A DNA stretch of 57,839 nucleotides, the filler included, from Sphacelaria rigidula (Eukaryota), in NCBI GenBank assembly GCA_964200075.2. It is 6 parts of 6 records of this genome, joined end to end, with 100 filler letters (N's around TTAATTAATTAA, not from the genome) between each part and the next. Parts side by side here need not be neighbours in the genome. Positions count along the whole stretch, not along the records: positions 9,658 to 19,214 come from CAXNAA020008226.1; positions 19,315 to 28,871 come from CAXNAA020008227.1; 4 more parts are not named here. One strand, written 5' to 3'. The notes under the pieces were generated by a model that saw only the letters and a program-made list of their open reading frames with translations, did not search any database and was not told the DNA's origin. A program made the translations under genes and the position numbers. How positions within the stretch are numbered: the stretch's first letter is position 1; each line of letters opens with the position of its first letter. Positions 11,944 through 23,300 of the stretch are shown here, piece after piece.

Positions 11944-12656
11944 GAATGCATCAGGCGTGACTCGTACCTTCGATCTCCCGGCCTCACTGATATTTTTTGT
12001 GTCATTGTAGTTTGGAACACCGGGTCGCGGTGGCATCAACGAAATAAGGTCCTTGCGACCCGATGATCATCATGACAGAACTCATCGGCGGAGCAACCCG
12101 TTTGACCCCGACAGTAGTCTTTCGTTGACATGGTATCGCTCGTGCAGGACGAGAGAATGTGAGTGATGTATGAGTAAACAAGTTCAGAGAGAGGACGGCG
12201 AAAGGGCCGAGGACAAAAAAGAAGTGGAGACAAGAGGTTCTAATTTCACGTGTCGTTTCATACTCCAGTCCCCCGGCACAACATATGTAGTTTGACACTC
12301 TAGTTGAATGTTTTAATTGCGGAGAAAACAAACGTTGAGCCCAGAAATACTCCATGCGTTATCGCATATTGTGCATGTATTCGGATTTTGGTTAGATAAG
12401 TAGCATACACTGCAGCTTGCAGCAATTAACTAGATCCTGAACAAGTGATACAGAGAAACGAGAGTTGCGCACGACGCACAGTCGGGAACATATCCAGCTC
12501 ATGGAGGTAGATTTCCGGGTATTGGGGATTGGATATAGTCTTCTGGATTCTGATATTTGTGCACGGCGACGAACTTTCTATACAGTAAATGCGTGAGATA
12601 GCGAGTCACCCGTTGAAGCTCACGTTCGGAGGCAACCAGTATACGCATGAATGTTT

Positions 12657-12913
12657 GAGTGACGCTACGGTAGGGGTACAGAAATAATTTCTGAGATTAG
12701 AATTGTTAGGAGCCTCTTATCTCATCCAAAACACGACTTATAAAAATATGCGAGAATACGCCAGGATTACTATTCCAATGTACTGAGGATATCCCGAATA
12801 AATCTGCAAACGAGGATGCCCTGACCCGTATTCTTGTGAGTCTAGAATCGTTAGGAGCCCCTGAACCAGACAAAAGTTCGCGAAAAAAGTGCACCCCTAC
12901 CGTAGCATTGCTC
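12657..12913. mobile_element. Complete 257-bp MITE, family A, with GAG..CTC termini and a 4-bp TSD GTTT; Sola2-like
   Basis: Left TIR GAGTGACGCTACGGTAGGGGTACA; right TIR (reverse complement) GAGCAATGCTACGGTAGGGGTGCA. GTTT at 12653-12656 and 12914-12917. Confidence 0.85.
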
Positions 12914-13760
12914 GTTTGGTGAAGGAACAATTGTTCATTGAATGTTTGGAAACCGTAGAAGCATGCACGTTGGGTGAAGAAAACAAAATCGTCGAGCGTT
13001 TCACCGAGAGGACGGTAGCTGAATTGTTTTTCGCTGCACTATGGTTATAGTGGAGTACGTTGCGTAAGCAGCGTGTTGGCTGTGCTGAAGCACGGATTCC
13101 CAGAGCGGTACCTTGGGTCGACGTTGGCAACCTCATTTTGCGTTTCGACATTGTCAGCGCCCGCCGAACCTGGCTAGGGCTGCCCCATAAGGTGACCGGC
13201 CACAATAACATGGCGCGCAAGACGTCCGGCAATTGATAAGAAACGTACCTTGCGGGATGATGGCTGTAGTCATTTTCCAACTACAAGGTACCAACGTCAG
13301 CGCAATCTGTCCCGATCCGCCGTGTGAGGCGGGCATGGTCACGCCGTGTGGTAGACGTTCGTTGCACAGTTGGCCAAAGGGATCACATTTGCAACTTGAA
13401 CTCCTGTTGTAAGAGTTCGCTGAGCATGTACGAACGGTAGTCAACACACTGTGATGTCAATATCACGCCCAAGATGGCAAGCCCTGACCACCTGGGATAT
13501 CACAGTGGCTGTTAGTTTTGGTACTGCCCTGTGTGAACGGAGTGCACGAACAACGGCTGTATCTGTGAGAGGCGAGGTATTCGAGATAGTTTTTCTAGTC
13601 TCCCTAATCTCGAATGAGCTGCAGGATTGACCGCTGAGGATTCGCGCATAGACTAGCTTCATTTTCACGCGCACAGATACCCAGTCTATTTTGCTTCCAC
13701 AACTAAGGGACTCCGAGATCTAGTGAAGACACGCCTTCACGCAACGCTCCTTGGACTGTC

Positions 13761-14371
13761 TCAGATGTGCCTCATCGGGCTTACGGCGCGCCCGCTGACT
13801 TGAGGGAGCTTTCCACGCAGCTCAAGCGTCCCCTCTGTACACACCTGCCTACCACTGCTAGTCGGTATTGTTGTATTGCTAGCCGCGTTCGCAGCTTCAC
13901 GCGCACACAGCCAGCCGATACATTTCAACAGGTTCCGAGCCTCGATGAGGCTTACTGTTTGAGTGTGCAAAGCTTTAGAGCGCCCGCACACGAACAGCAT
14001 CAGAATCTGATAGAAAATTCCAAAGGGAATAATACGATGGCGGTGCAACAGATATTTGAGCCCCGACTTGATGGTTAAAGAGTTGACTCCATTCTCAGGC
14101 GACGGTGGCCATGTCTCTCACCGGTGACCTGTTGATCCTCCTCAAGCTTCTCCGTCACTTCTCTCTGGTTTGGGGTCGGTACTACAGATGCTCCATCCGA
14201 GTCATTATATACCCTGATACCCGCAACCGGTATTGGTTCGTCAATCGGTCCCAAGTCATCATTGTCTTCTTGTAGGTAGCGCCTTGCCATCATGTCCGAC
14301 CTGGACGTGTTGTCGCAGCTTGCCGTAAGCCCCCATAGTACGGCAATGACCACTGCGGCCAGAGCCAGCAT
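13761..14371 (-). pseudogene. Possible frameshifted relic of a secreted or signal-anchored protein; weak resemblance to the start of an O-fucosyltransferase-like domain
   Basis: Hydrophobic N-terminus MLALAAVVIAVLWGLTASC, then RRYLQEDNDD..HRRL. After a 1-nt shift near 14098 it reads ENGVNSLTIKSGLKYLLHRHRIIPFGIFYQILMLFVCGRSKA. Confidence 0.3.
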
Positions 14372-15861
14372 CGTGCTGCCCCGCCGTATGCTTCGCTCCC
14401 GCTTTCCCTCCTTCCCTGCCTGTAATATATCGTGTAAGGTTCGGGTTTGTTTCTCAGGCTTCAAGGCGTAAGGCATTCGAATTTGGAAGCTCGAGCTAGA
14501 GGCCTTCCTTGATGTATTTGTGGACCGCAACGTCCAAGGTGTGCAGTGTCAGCGACCGTGACAGTGAAGTTAGTAGCAGCCGCGGTGAGAGGTGGTCGCA
14601 GCACTAAATCGCGGTCAATCGTGGTAGACAGTAGTGCCAGCAGCACCGGTGGAAGTAATGGTACCACCACCATTATTCATCGTATTAACACGTGTATGTG
14701 AGGGCTGGTTAGAGGTGGGGGACTCCACGAGCCGTGGTGGCTTTATTCTTCTTGCATGTGATATTGATATTCTCCTCTTCCTCAAACCGCTGGATAATAG
14801 GTGGAGAACGTGCCTTAGTGTGGGGAAAACGCGCGGACCCTACATTACACGCAGTTCCTTGCATAACTTTCTGTTGTGTGAAATATATCATCACTGGCCG
14901 TCTACTTTCTCTTCATGCCACTTTCTTGATTCGTGTTCTCCGTTTTAGAGGTAGGTCTCCTCCAAGAACAACCTTTTGACGCAATTAGCGCGGAGGTAAA
15001 TGTGTCTCTTTCATACACCAGCTGTAATTTTCCTGACCCGATTCAAAGATGGACAGGTGAGATTTCACTTCTGCCATTCAGATTCCTACAAAGGTAGTCA
15101 AGGAGGTCGGGTTTCCACTTCTCCATCCGTTTCCAAAATGATCATGGGAGAGTTGTGCCGAGTGCAAAGACGCCCAGATTCCAGTGTTGGTCGATGTGAC
15201 TGGAATATGGCAACACACAATGCTGTACACGTATTGGAGATCATGATATAGTCATATTCCGGTGAAAGGTTGAAATCATGAAGCATCGTAGCATCGGCTG
15301 CGGACTCCAGAGCTCATGCGCTGAGGCATGCAAGGAGCCAAAGTTCAGGACACTGGGTGTGGAGACTTCATACATAGCGTCTCCCTTGTTGTGCGGGCGG
15401 TCTCGCTCTGTCTGTCGATATTTTATGACGATTGCAACTCATGCGAAACCGTATGTGTGGCACGAGTTCTTAGCCGGAAGGTTGGGGGCGGGGCGAGCCG
15501 TATCATTGGTCATCCACACTCGAGGTTAGCGCCGGTAGCCCAGGCATGACGTGCACACAGTAGACGCCATGCGACATATCGGAGGCTGCGGGTTGCTGTA
15601 CGCCTACCTAACAGGCGATTAAGGGAAAAGCGGTTAGGATGAGGCCTGCGAAGAAAAGGCGAAGGCGACCGTTTCCTCGAACCAGGGCATGTCGTTGTCA
15701 TCAGCAGCTCGAGGAAGAAAAACGAGCGAAGGCAACCACGACCTGACAAAAAGAGACAACGAGGCGCCATCTTGGAAACGTTGAGAAGAAGGGGAACTGT
15801 ATTGAAAGCTTAAAGAAGAAAATAGAAGGTCATCATAGTCAGAACGATTGGGAGGGGGGGG

Positions 15862-15962
15862 GGTATGCTCATGATCTTGCATGACGTAGTCATATGACCA
15901 TTGACCTCGCATTCCTACAAAGCCAGAACGGAGCACGCCGGGGTTTCGCCGGACCAGGCTAG
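15862..15962. repeat. Partial copy of a dispersed repeat flanked by G runs (also at about 34870-35130 and 36420-36685; short end at about 3405-3450)
   Basis: Shared core CATTGACCTCGCATTCCTACAAAGCC..ACGGAGCACGC..CGCCG(G/A)ACCAGGCT. Confidence 0.7.
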
Positions 15963-15989
15963 GGCGGGAGAGGGGAGGGGGAGGGGGTG

Positions 15990-16385
15990 AGGACATTTTT
16001 TACCTCGCCGAGTATAAACGGGGCGAACAGCAGCGATGATTGTCCGCCGGAGATATCATGCCGCCTACAATGGTGGCGGGCTGATGTTGTGGCGGCACAC
16101 TGGCAAATTGCAATCGAGCTGGAAACGCCACAGGTCAAGTTCGAAGGGCGAAGAAGGGTCACTGCCTGTGGGGACAAGGACGAGGAGCTCAGCGAGATGA
16201 ACATAGCAAGGCCACTGTCTGAACACAGCTTTCTTGGCAACTGGGGTGATCCACAGGTCACGAAATGCGGGTGTAATTCCGGGCCGGCTGCTGCCAAACA
16301 TGGTTGCAGAACGTGTACGTGCAGGAAATATACAATCAACAGTTCTGTATCCGTTGCCCCTGTGGGCGCGCTTGTGTGAATTTCG
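15990..16385 (+). mobile_element. Academ-like transposase C-terminal fragment (end of the XPG-like region plus Cys-rich finger), frameshifted
   Basis: DCPPEISCRLQWWRADVVAAHWQIA resembles the PPT..L.LH..RA...A..W motif. It is followed by KCGCNSG..GCRTCTCRK(frameshift)..FCIRCPCGRACVN. Confidence 0.5.
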
Positions 16386-17060
16386 GGGGGACGGTGCCAG
16401 CCGCGGCGCACGTATCCCCGGCTGCCGGCGCCGGGGAAAAGGAAGGGCCCAAGGTTGGCATGGGAACCGGACGTGCAGGTGCCGAAGCCGCAGAAAGTAA
16501 TGCCACAGGGGAAAGTCACGGAGGGAAGAAATATATGCGGCGAGAGGTTCAGGATCTTGGTGGGGACACCCCAGCGATTCATTGCGGATGCTGACGCGGG
16601 CAAATGAAGTAGTGGAGACAAGGGACGTCCCCTAGGAGGCGCCGCCGGTCATGGCGGTGCCACCAGTACAGCTGCAGCAGCCAGCTTCGCCGAAGCTGGC
16701 AGGAGCGTCGGAGCTGGGAAGGACGGCACAGCCGGGCGGGACATCGGAGCTGGGAGGGACTCCAGAGCCGGGAGGACTAGATGATTTCGACTCTGCTCCA
16801 CCGACTCCATGACCGCTACCGGAGAGAGGTATTCCCCATCAGCGTCGAGCGACATTTCCAGCGAAGAGCGCAGACCATGATGGTGAAGATGAGCGGGGTT
16901 CTCTTCAAGACTTCGCGATGAAAATCAGTGGGCCCCGGACAACACAACTAATTATTTAGGCGTTTATTTACCGTCGGTGAGTAGTGAGCCGTCTATAGAC
17001 GGCGACCTCTCAGTGGAGGAGAGCGACTCGTCTTCATTGGACGAAATTGTTTTACTTCCA

Positions 17061-17310
17061 GACACTTTCTACGATAGCCCCCCCCCAAAACCAGCTAAAA
17101 GTGTCACAAAACAAATTGCCATAGAACGCCTGATGTTCGGGTTCAGGCTACACGAAGCGCTTCATGTTGGCGACATTGGCTAGAACGAACCCAAGTGTGG
17201 GAATTGCCAGCTTCTCATTGTGCTCGGCTTTTCCCATTTCGATTTACGTGAAGATATTGCCTCCCAAAACCATGCACTTTTGGGGGGGGGGGGCTATCGT
17301 AGAAAGTGTC
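17061..17310. mobile_element. Complete 250-bp MITE, family B, with about 30-bp TIRs GACACTTTCTACGATAG(C)nAAAA and a 4-bp TSD TCCA; nested in the Copia relic
   Basis: The TIRs are perfect apart from C-run length. TCCA occurs at 17057-17060 and 17311-17314. Confidence 0.9.
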
Positions 17311-17601
17311 TCCAACGGCAGCGCGGACTGCGGCGCGGCAACTCGAGTAAAATCTGTTTGGATCTGGAAATGGCGAGGAACTTGGACAAACCAGAGCGCG
17401 GACGCGAGCGCTCAATCAAGAAACATATGGGCTCGTAACCATGTTAGGGCCCGATGAAGAGGGTCATGGCCTGCTGGCGGCACAGGAGGTTATCCGTAAG
17501 CCGGGCGAGCTCCCTAAATGTGTCATCAAGGAAGCGGGGCCGGAACCATAAGCCCATCGGACTCTATCCTCGTCGCCTCATATCCGAGTATTGTGATGAA
17601 C

Positions 17602-17631
17602 AAAAAGTGCACCCCTGCCGTAGCATTGCTC
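17602..17631. mobile_element. Solo TIR of MITE family A inside the Copia relic
   Basis: AAAAAGTGCACCCCTGCCGTAGCATTGCTC. Confidence 0.65.
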
Positions 17632-19214
17632 CCTGGTGGAGTGTAGTTTCGGGTAATGCTTGATAGATCCCTGTGTGTTCCGACTGAGGGTGGCTGAAGA
17701 CATTGTGGCGACGATGGTCTTTCATGTGGACGATATCATCATGGTAGCAGCTGCTGAGGAAGTGACTGAGAAAATAGTCGGTGCTTGGAAAGGTTTCATG
17801 AACCCTACTCATCAAGAGTGTGCTAAATCGTTTCGACGTCTCGAAGACTAGTCCCATCCCGCTGCCCCTTCTTTAGACTTCAGGCATGCGAGCGAAGGGG
17901 AGACCGTGGTGGGTGTGCCTTTCCGTGAGATCGTGGAGAGCTTGATGTGGATAGCGAAGCAGACGAGGCCCGATATCACGAACGCAGTTCGGGCAGTCGC
18001 TCGGTTCTCTCATGAACCGAAGCTGACTCACAACAAGGCGGCACAGAAAATCTTCGAGTTTTTGAATGCTACGTCGGGCTTAGGTTCACTTTTCAAGAAA
18101 AGTAGTGACTTGGGAGGTAGTAAGTTGGAGTTTTATTCAGATACGTACGTTGACGCAGACTACGTTCGCAAGGCAGAGTACCGACCTTCCGTTTCCGTTG
18201 TAGCTGTTTGCTGTGGACATACGCTAATGTCTTGGTTTTCTAGGACACAGAAGTGCGTCACCCTATCTACTACTGACGCAGAGTATGTAGCAATGGCAGA
18301 CGGTGTCAAGGAGGCCCTGTATGTGAGGGGGATTCTGAAGTTGCTAATGCCCAGTTTGGGGTCGAAAAGCATTGGCGTTTTTGAGGACAACAAGGGGGCG
18401 ATAGACTCAGCTGGAAACCCCTTAAGCTAGTCAAAAAGCAAACACATTGATATATACGGTACCATTTCCTCAGGGAGATGGTTGCTAGCGGTGACATATC
18501 CGTGAAGTATCTTCAATCAAAAGAACAGCATGCGGACATTCTAACCAAAGCCAAGAGAATTTTGAAAGGCACCGTGATTTTCTCTCAGGCAGGGTGTAGA
18601 ATCCACCGTTTTGATTTTTTGCTGTGGTGGACCCCATCATTTGAGATGAGCGATGATAATAGGGAGTTCATCCTACTGAAGTTTATTCGGCGGTGATAAG
18701 GTTATGCTCGGACTTGTTAGTTGATAAAGCTAGGGAGGGTGTTCAGTATAGTTGATCTACAAACAGAAGCCAGAAGCATGAGCGGGGGAATCGCGGGGTA
18801 TTCGCATATTCTGGCAAGGTTACTGAGAACGTTCCTTGTGGTTAGACAAAGTCAAACTGTTCCGAGTTCCTGTATTATTTTGGGAATTGTGCGGTCGATC
18901 TTGCGACGCTGTAGATTGGATCGTAGCCTGTCGTGACAGGGTAGTGCTCTACGCCCTACTCCCTTCACTCGTCTCCCTCACCTCTCTTCACCGAATTTCC
19001 CACATGTGGATAGTAATAATGAAGAATCACAACACATTATGTTCTTCTTCCCAGTTACTGGAAGTGGGGCAGTCAGCTGTTGACAGCCGATTTTCGAAAA
19101 TGGGGTTGAACAACAAAATGAGGTTCAACTCAAAAGTCGTGCTTTCCCTGGCCTAAATTCATGACAAATGACTTTCATATGGATCCCCCCATCCCTCCCG
19201 ACCTCCTTGAAACT

Positions 19215-19314
19215 NNNNNNNNNNNNNNNNNNNNNNNNNNNNNNNNNNNNNNNNNNNNTTAATTAATTAANNNNNNNNNNNNNNNNNNNNNNNNNNNNNN
19301 NNNNNNNNNNNNNN
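19215..19314. other. Artificial 100-nt contig linker
   Basis: N run containing TTAATTAATTAA. Confidence 0.97.
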
Positions 19315-20226
19315 GACGAGGGAGGCGGGGGGGTGTGGGTGACACGCGCTGTGGGGGGGGGGGGGGGGAGGGTGATCTGGGAACCACCACATAGGAGGGC
19401 AAAATTCCCACAACTGTCCGTCGAGGATTCATCTCTTCATACAAGCAACGAATAAGTACGCCCCCCCCCCTCACAGGTCTGTGATTTGAACTCTTATTCG
19501 TTCCACTTCTCTCAGACTTGACCGTTGTCCTTGACGGGAAGGCGAACACGCCACCTTCTCGTACAATCACTACTGTGACTTCACTAGCCCCAACCTCACG
19601 AGCCTGTCTGCGCAGGTGGATAATGACCCTTCTTCGTGCCAGTACTCTTGTTGCGCTTGGCCCTTATCCTGTGAGGGGAGGGGTGAAGCTCGTCTTTTGC
19701 ACGCGAAGGAGCCACATCGCTAAAACGTTTCTTCTGCAAGCAGCAAATTCCACCTGAATGCTCGTGGTTATAGCACCACACACGCATTCACACCTCACGA
19801 CAACGTGTTGACGGACGTACTAGTGCACAACAATGAGTGCGTGAGGTCGTGTAGCACACACATAAATCCCTTGCTCCGCGAAGCTGACCTCTCCCCTCCC
19901 CCCCCCCCCCCCCCCCCCCCCCGCCCCTCGCACCGTGGAATCACCAGTCAATAGCTCGTCATATCCTCCGCCGTAGAAGGCGTCAACATTGAAATCACCA
20001 GCAGTAATGCTCCATCGAGTACCTCACTCTCCATCGAGCTCCTCACCTTGTCTTTACCCGTCTCGTCCGTTACTAGCTTTGAGCTTGACTTCGGCTCACG
20101 CGAATTGCTTCTTCGTCCAGGCGCGTTATCTCGATGCAAGAGTTCTTCTCTGTGCGCGACCATTCCTTGATCGGAGTCATGCCATGATCGGGGTTCCGTA
20201 CTTGAGCGCAGACGTTCCTAATTGAA

Positions 20227-20432
20227 GGGCTCCTGAAGTTAGGAACTACATGAGAATATGCGTCAGGACATTCCCGCTTTCAAATTCACTCCGGATATCT
20301 CTCATTGTAATGCTAATCGTGGCGTGCTGCCACTTGTGTCAATAGTCGTTTTTTGGATGAGATAACGGGCTTCTAATAACTCAAACCTACCTGAGCAGCA
20401 ATGTTTAGTGTACTCCTACCGTGGCGACGCTC
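20227..20432. mobile_element. Diverged, truncated, inverted copy of MITE family A
   Basis: Collinear with the reverse complement of 12657-12860 (GGGCTCCT..GGATATC..TTTTGGATGAGATAA..GTAC.CCTACCGT.GCG.C.CTC). Confidence 0.75.
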
Positions 20433-22329
20433 ATTGATCAAGTGGTTGTCGCATATTGACGGATCTATTATTTAGACGTTAATTGAAGACTGCATTCTGG
20501 TACGCCTTATTTTACGGTCTCTCTTCCGTGCCGTTTTTTTGAGACGCTCACCTCGTATTCCCGCAAATATCTGGTTTCTAAAAGAGGTTAGGTACACCTC
20601 AACACAGTAGAAAGAAACTCATGTGAGAACCGTCGGTAACGGTCAGATGAAAACATCATCGAAATAAATGATATGGGGCACGAAACGGTCGCGGTACAGC
20701 GGGGATGAGAGGTTTCACGAACAACGGAGGCTCATGAACAGTGTGATGCAGTACAGCACACTCACTTCTTTTAATGTGTTGTAAGGCGTCGTGTGCCCAA
20801 GTCCAAGTCGCCGAATATTCAGCATTGAAAGCATCATGCCACCATTCGCTGCGACGAGCAACGTCTCGACATATTGGCTCCTCCTAGAGGAGCAATGCAG
20901 TCGACTTAGCCCCTACCCCCTACCGCACGTGGGATGACTCCGAGCGATTCCGAATCGTGTACGGCAACATTTCGATTCACGCACCGGCGGTTTGTGTGGG
21001 AATGGATATCGCGGGTGGCCACTGATACACATTATCCGCATCTTGAAGAGTTCCAAGGTTATCGACGAGTTGAGCAGCATGCGTGCAGCGTGAACCGGGT
21101 TGCAAAACGGATGTCCCAGGATAACAGGCGGGTTCGTTGCCGCAATGCGTGCGTCATGGGACACTGCTCAGAATGCGACAAGAAACAAGGCGATTCTCCA
21201 ACTGCTCTCAACATCGAGTATGCTGCGAGGACGCCGCTGATGGTCCAGTTCTCGCTGCAGAACAAGAGATGAAGTTTGAAATTTTCGTCACGGTCAACGA
21301 CGGAAATGAGATTCGACCACAGCAGCGAAGGGCGCGGCCTTCCGCGCCCCGAGCACAAGGAACTAGCGATGGGGGTGGCAAATGGTAGTCACAGGGGGTG
21401 AGCACGTCTTCGACTCCTCGCAAGATGAGTCTCAATCTTCGTCGATACGTACACTGGTCGCTGTCACCCAGCTCCTCGCCCCTTACCTCCTCCCTCCCAC
21501 CCTGATTTGTGAAGCCAGGATTGAAGGTTCAACAGATATTGCCCGTGGTCAGTGGTTGCACGGTAGGGATGCACGGTCTATGCCGCATATCTCCGGGATT
21601 GGACACTTTGGCCCGTATGATTGTCATTGAAATTCTCCTAATGGTATGAGTCTGAGCAGCTCTTGGTGCACCCTTTCCCTGACACCACTCTGCCGGCTTG
21701 TCAACCGACCCCGCGAAAAGGTCGTCGAGCTGCAGAGCGTCACCCCATGCCTCCTCCACTCTTCCCATTGCTCTCAGCAGCAGAGTGAACATCGCACACA
21801 TTCCACGAATCGCTGGTTGACCGTCACCTCACTCTCGCGACCAGACCGCGGTGTTGATATGACTCGTCCGTCCCCTCCCCTCTCCTCCTGTCCATGGTTT
21901 TTGCAACCGGAACTGAGCGAGTACTTCATCGTATACCTGATTGATTCATTGATTCATTGGTTGTCGCAATTTAACTGACCCTCCAGGGGTCGAGCCGTGG
22001 GCTCATGATAGATGCACCCAAGAAAAACGAAACTGAAACACGTATTGAGAAAAAAAAAAGAAGGGACATAAAAACAAAGAGGGGGTCGAACAAAACGACA
22101 TAGCAGAATAAGTCGTGACGAAAAAGAAGGTAATGAAAATGTCAACATAAGCAAAGCACAGAAAGAAATGGCCGACCTAAAACAAGAAACAGGGAAAAGA
22201 AGAGGAAAGTACAAAGCAAATAAAATAAAATACAATGAAACGACGTGGAAAAAAAGAGGAAACAACACCTGTAGCTCGTAGAGATCTGACATCGAGCGTG
22301 AGTATCGCACCTCACTCCACCGGATGTCC

Positions 22330-23300
22330 TGCAGCCATTATACTACCGTCGTCAACATAGGCGGTGGTCTGGACAACCGGTTCTGCGGTAAACGTTTTTG
22401 TGGGCGTGAAATCCATTGCACTCCGCCTCTCCCCCCACCGTCGACAGAAAATGCTGCAGCGCGGGGCTTTCAACGAGAAAATAGGCAGTCTCGGAGAAGG
22501 GTATGTCGTACTGATCGCGGACTTCAGGAGCTCTACACACACCACGAGTAGGACGGGGTGCAATCTCAGCACTAGAAGCGTAACTCCACCACTCTGCTTC
22601 CTACGTCGATCATCTTCCGACTTGACGACAAGGTCTGAGTATACTCGCTTGTCGTGATGAGAGCGACAACAGCTCGAAAGGCAATGCCTGACTACAGCAT
22701 GCTTTCAAAAACCTACTCCAAACGAGAATACCGTCGATACTGAAGAGGGTCGGAGCTGCATAACTGGTTCGTGCCACCTTTTTCACCGATTACTGCGGAA
22801 CGCAGTTCGAACCTGCGACGTCGTTCGGGTTTGTCGGAGATTGTGGTAGACACGTCGTCGACCAACCTACTCGCCGGCTCCACGTAGGCGCACGCTACTA
22901 TGGCAACTGCTACGGCAAGTGCCTGTCAGGCAGCGAACGCGGCGTGGTTAAGACAGTTTCTGGGCGAATGCTGATACTGGGTTCGTTCGATCTTTTCCAG
23001 AAGCTGACGCGTGATTTTGACTTTGAGCTGCACGAAGCCAGTAGCACAGAAAATCATGACTTCTTCGGCATGGTGGGCGCTGGTCAAGTGCGTATGGCGA
23101 GAACTACTGAGGGTTAGTGTCATTCCAACACGTGCCGGCTCAAGAAAATGATTCTTGACCCTCCGTTCACCACTCAGATAGTGGCTTTCCGTGCGTGCAT
23201 CCCGCGTTTGTGTCGATTACGGCGTACGTGAGCCCTGGGTCGAGGAACGTAGTCTTCGTCCCATCATCGATGGAATGCTTCATGGCTCATTATCGCGTTC
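22330..23300 (+). mobile_element. Sola2-like DDD transposase pseudogene (core); a degenerate coding-like tract continues to about 24800
   Basis: Read across frameshifts and stops: QRGAFNEKIGSLGEGYVVLIADF/QELYTHHE*DGVQSQH*KRNSTTLLP..YSLVVM.D..ATFFTDYCGTQF..YYGNCYGKCLSGSERGVVKT..GSRK..RAS.VC. This matches the DF.ENY..QD..QS.HW / SDG...QF / HGK..D..GG..K pattern of Sola2 transposases. Confidence 0.75.

Larger units (their letters stand above)
16565..18790 (+). mobile_element. Ty1/Copia relic: post-integrase region, linker, partial RT, RNase H and PPT; internally deleted and carrying nested MITEs
   Basis: HPSDSLRMLTRANEVVETRDV at about 16566; DPCVFRL..FHVDD at 17660-17851; PFREIV..TRPDI..YVDADY..SWFSRTQKCVTLST..AEYVA..EDNKGAI..KHID..HFLRE..QHADILTK at 17906-18550; purine tract GAGCGGGGGAA at about 18780. 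Confidence 0.92.

Noticed and set aside
19935-20160. ITAGDFNVDAF on the minus strand as an endonuclease/exonuclease/phosphatase (GDFN) fragment
   Set aside because: It is a single short motif with an in-frame stop just upstream and no other family motifs.
22364-22657. AFNEKIGSLGEGYVVLIADF as an RPA/OB-fold gene of a Helitron
   Set aside because: The downstream frames give Sola2 transposase motifs, which explain it better.
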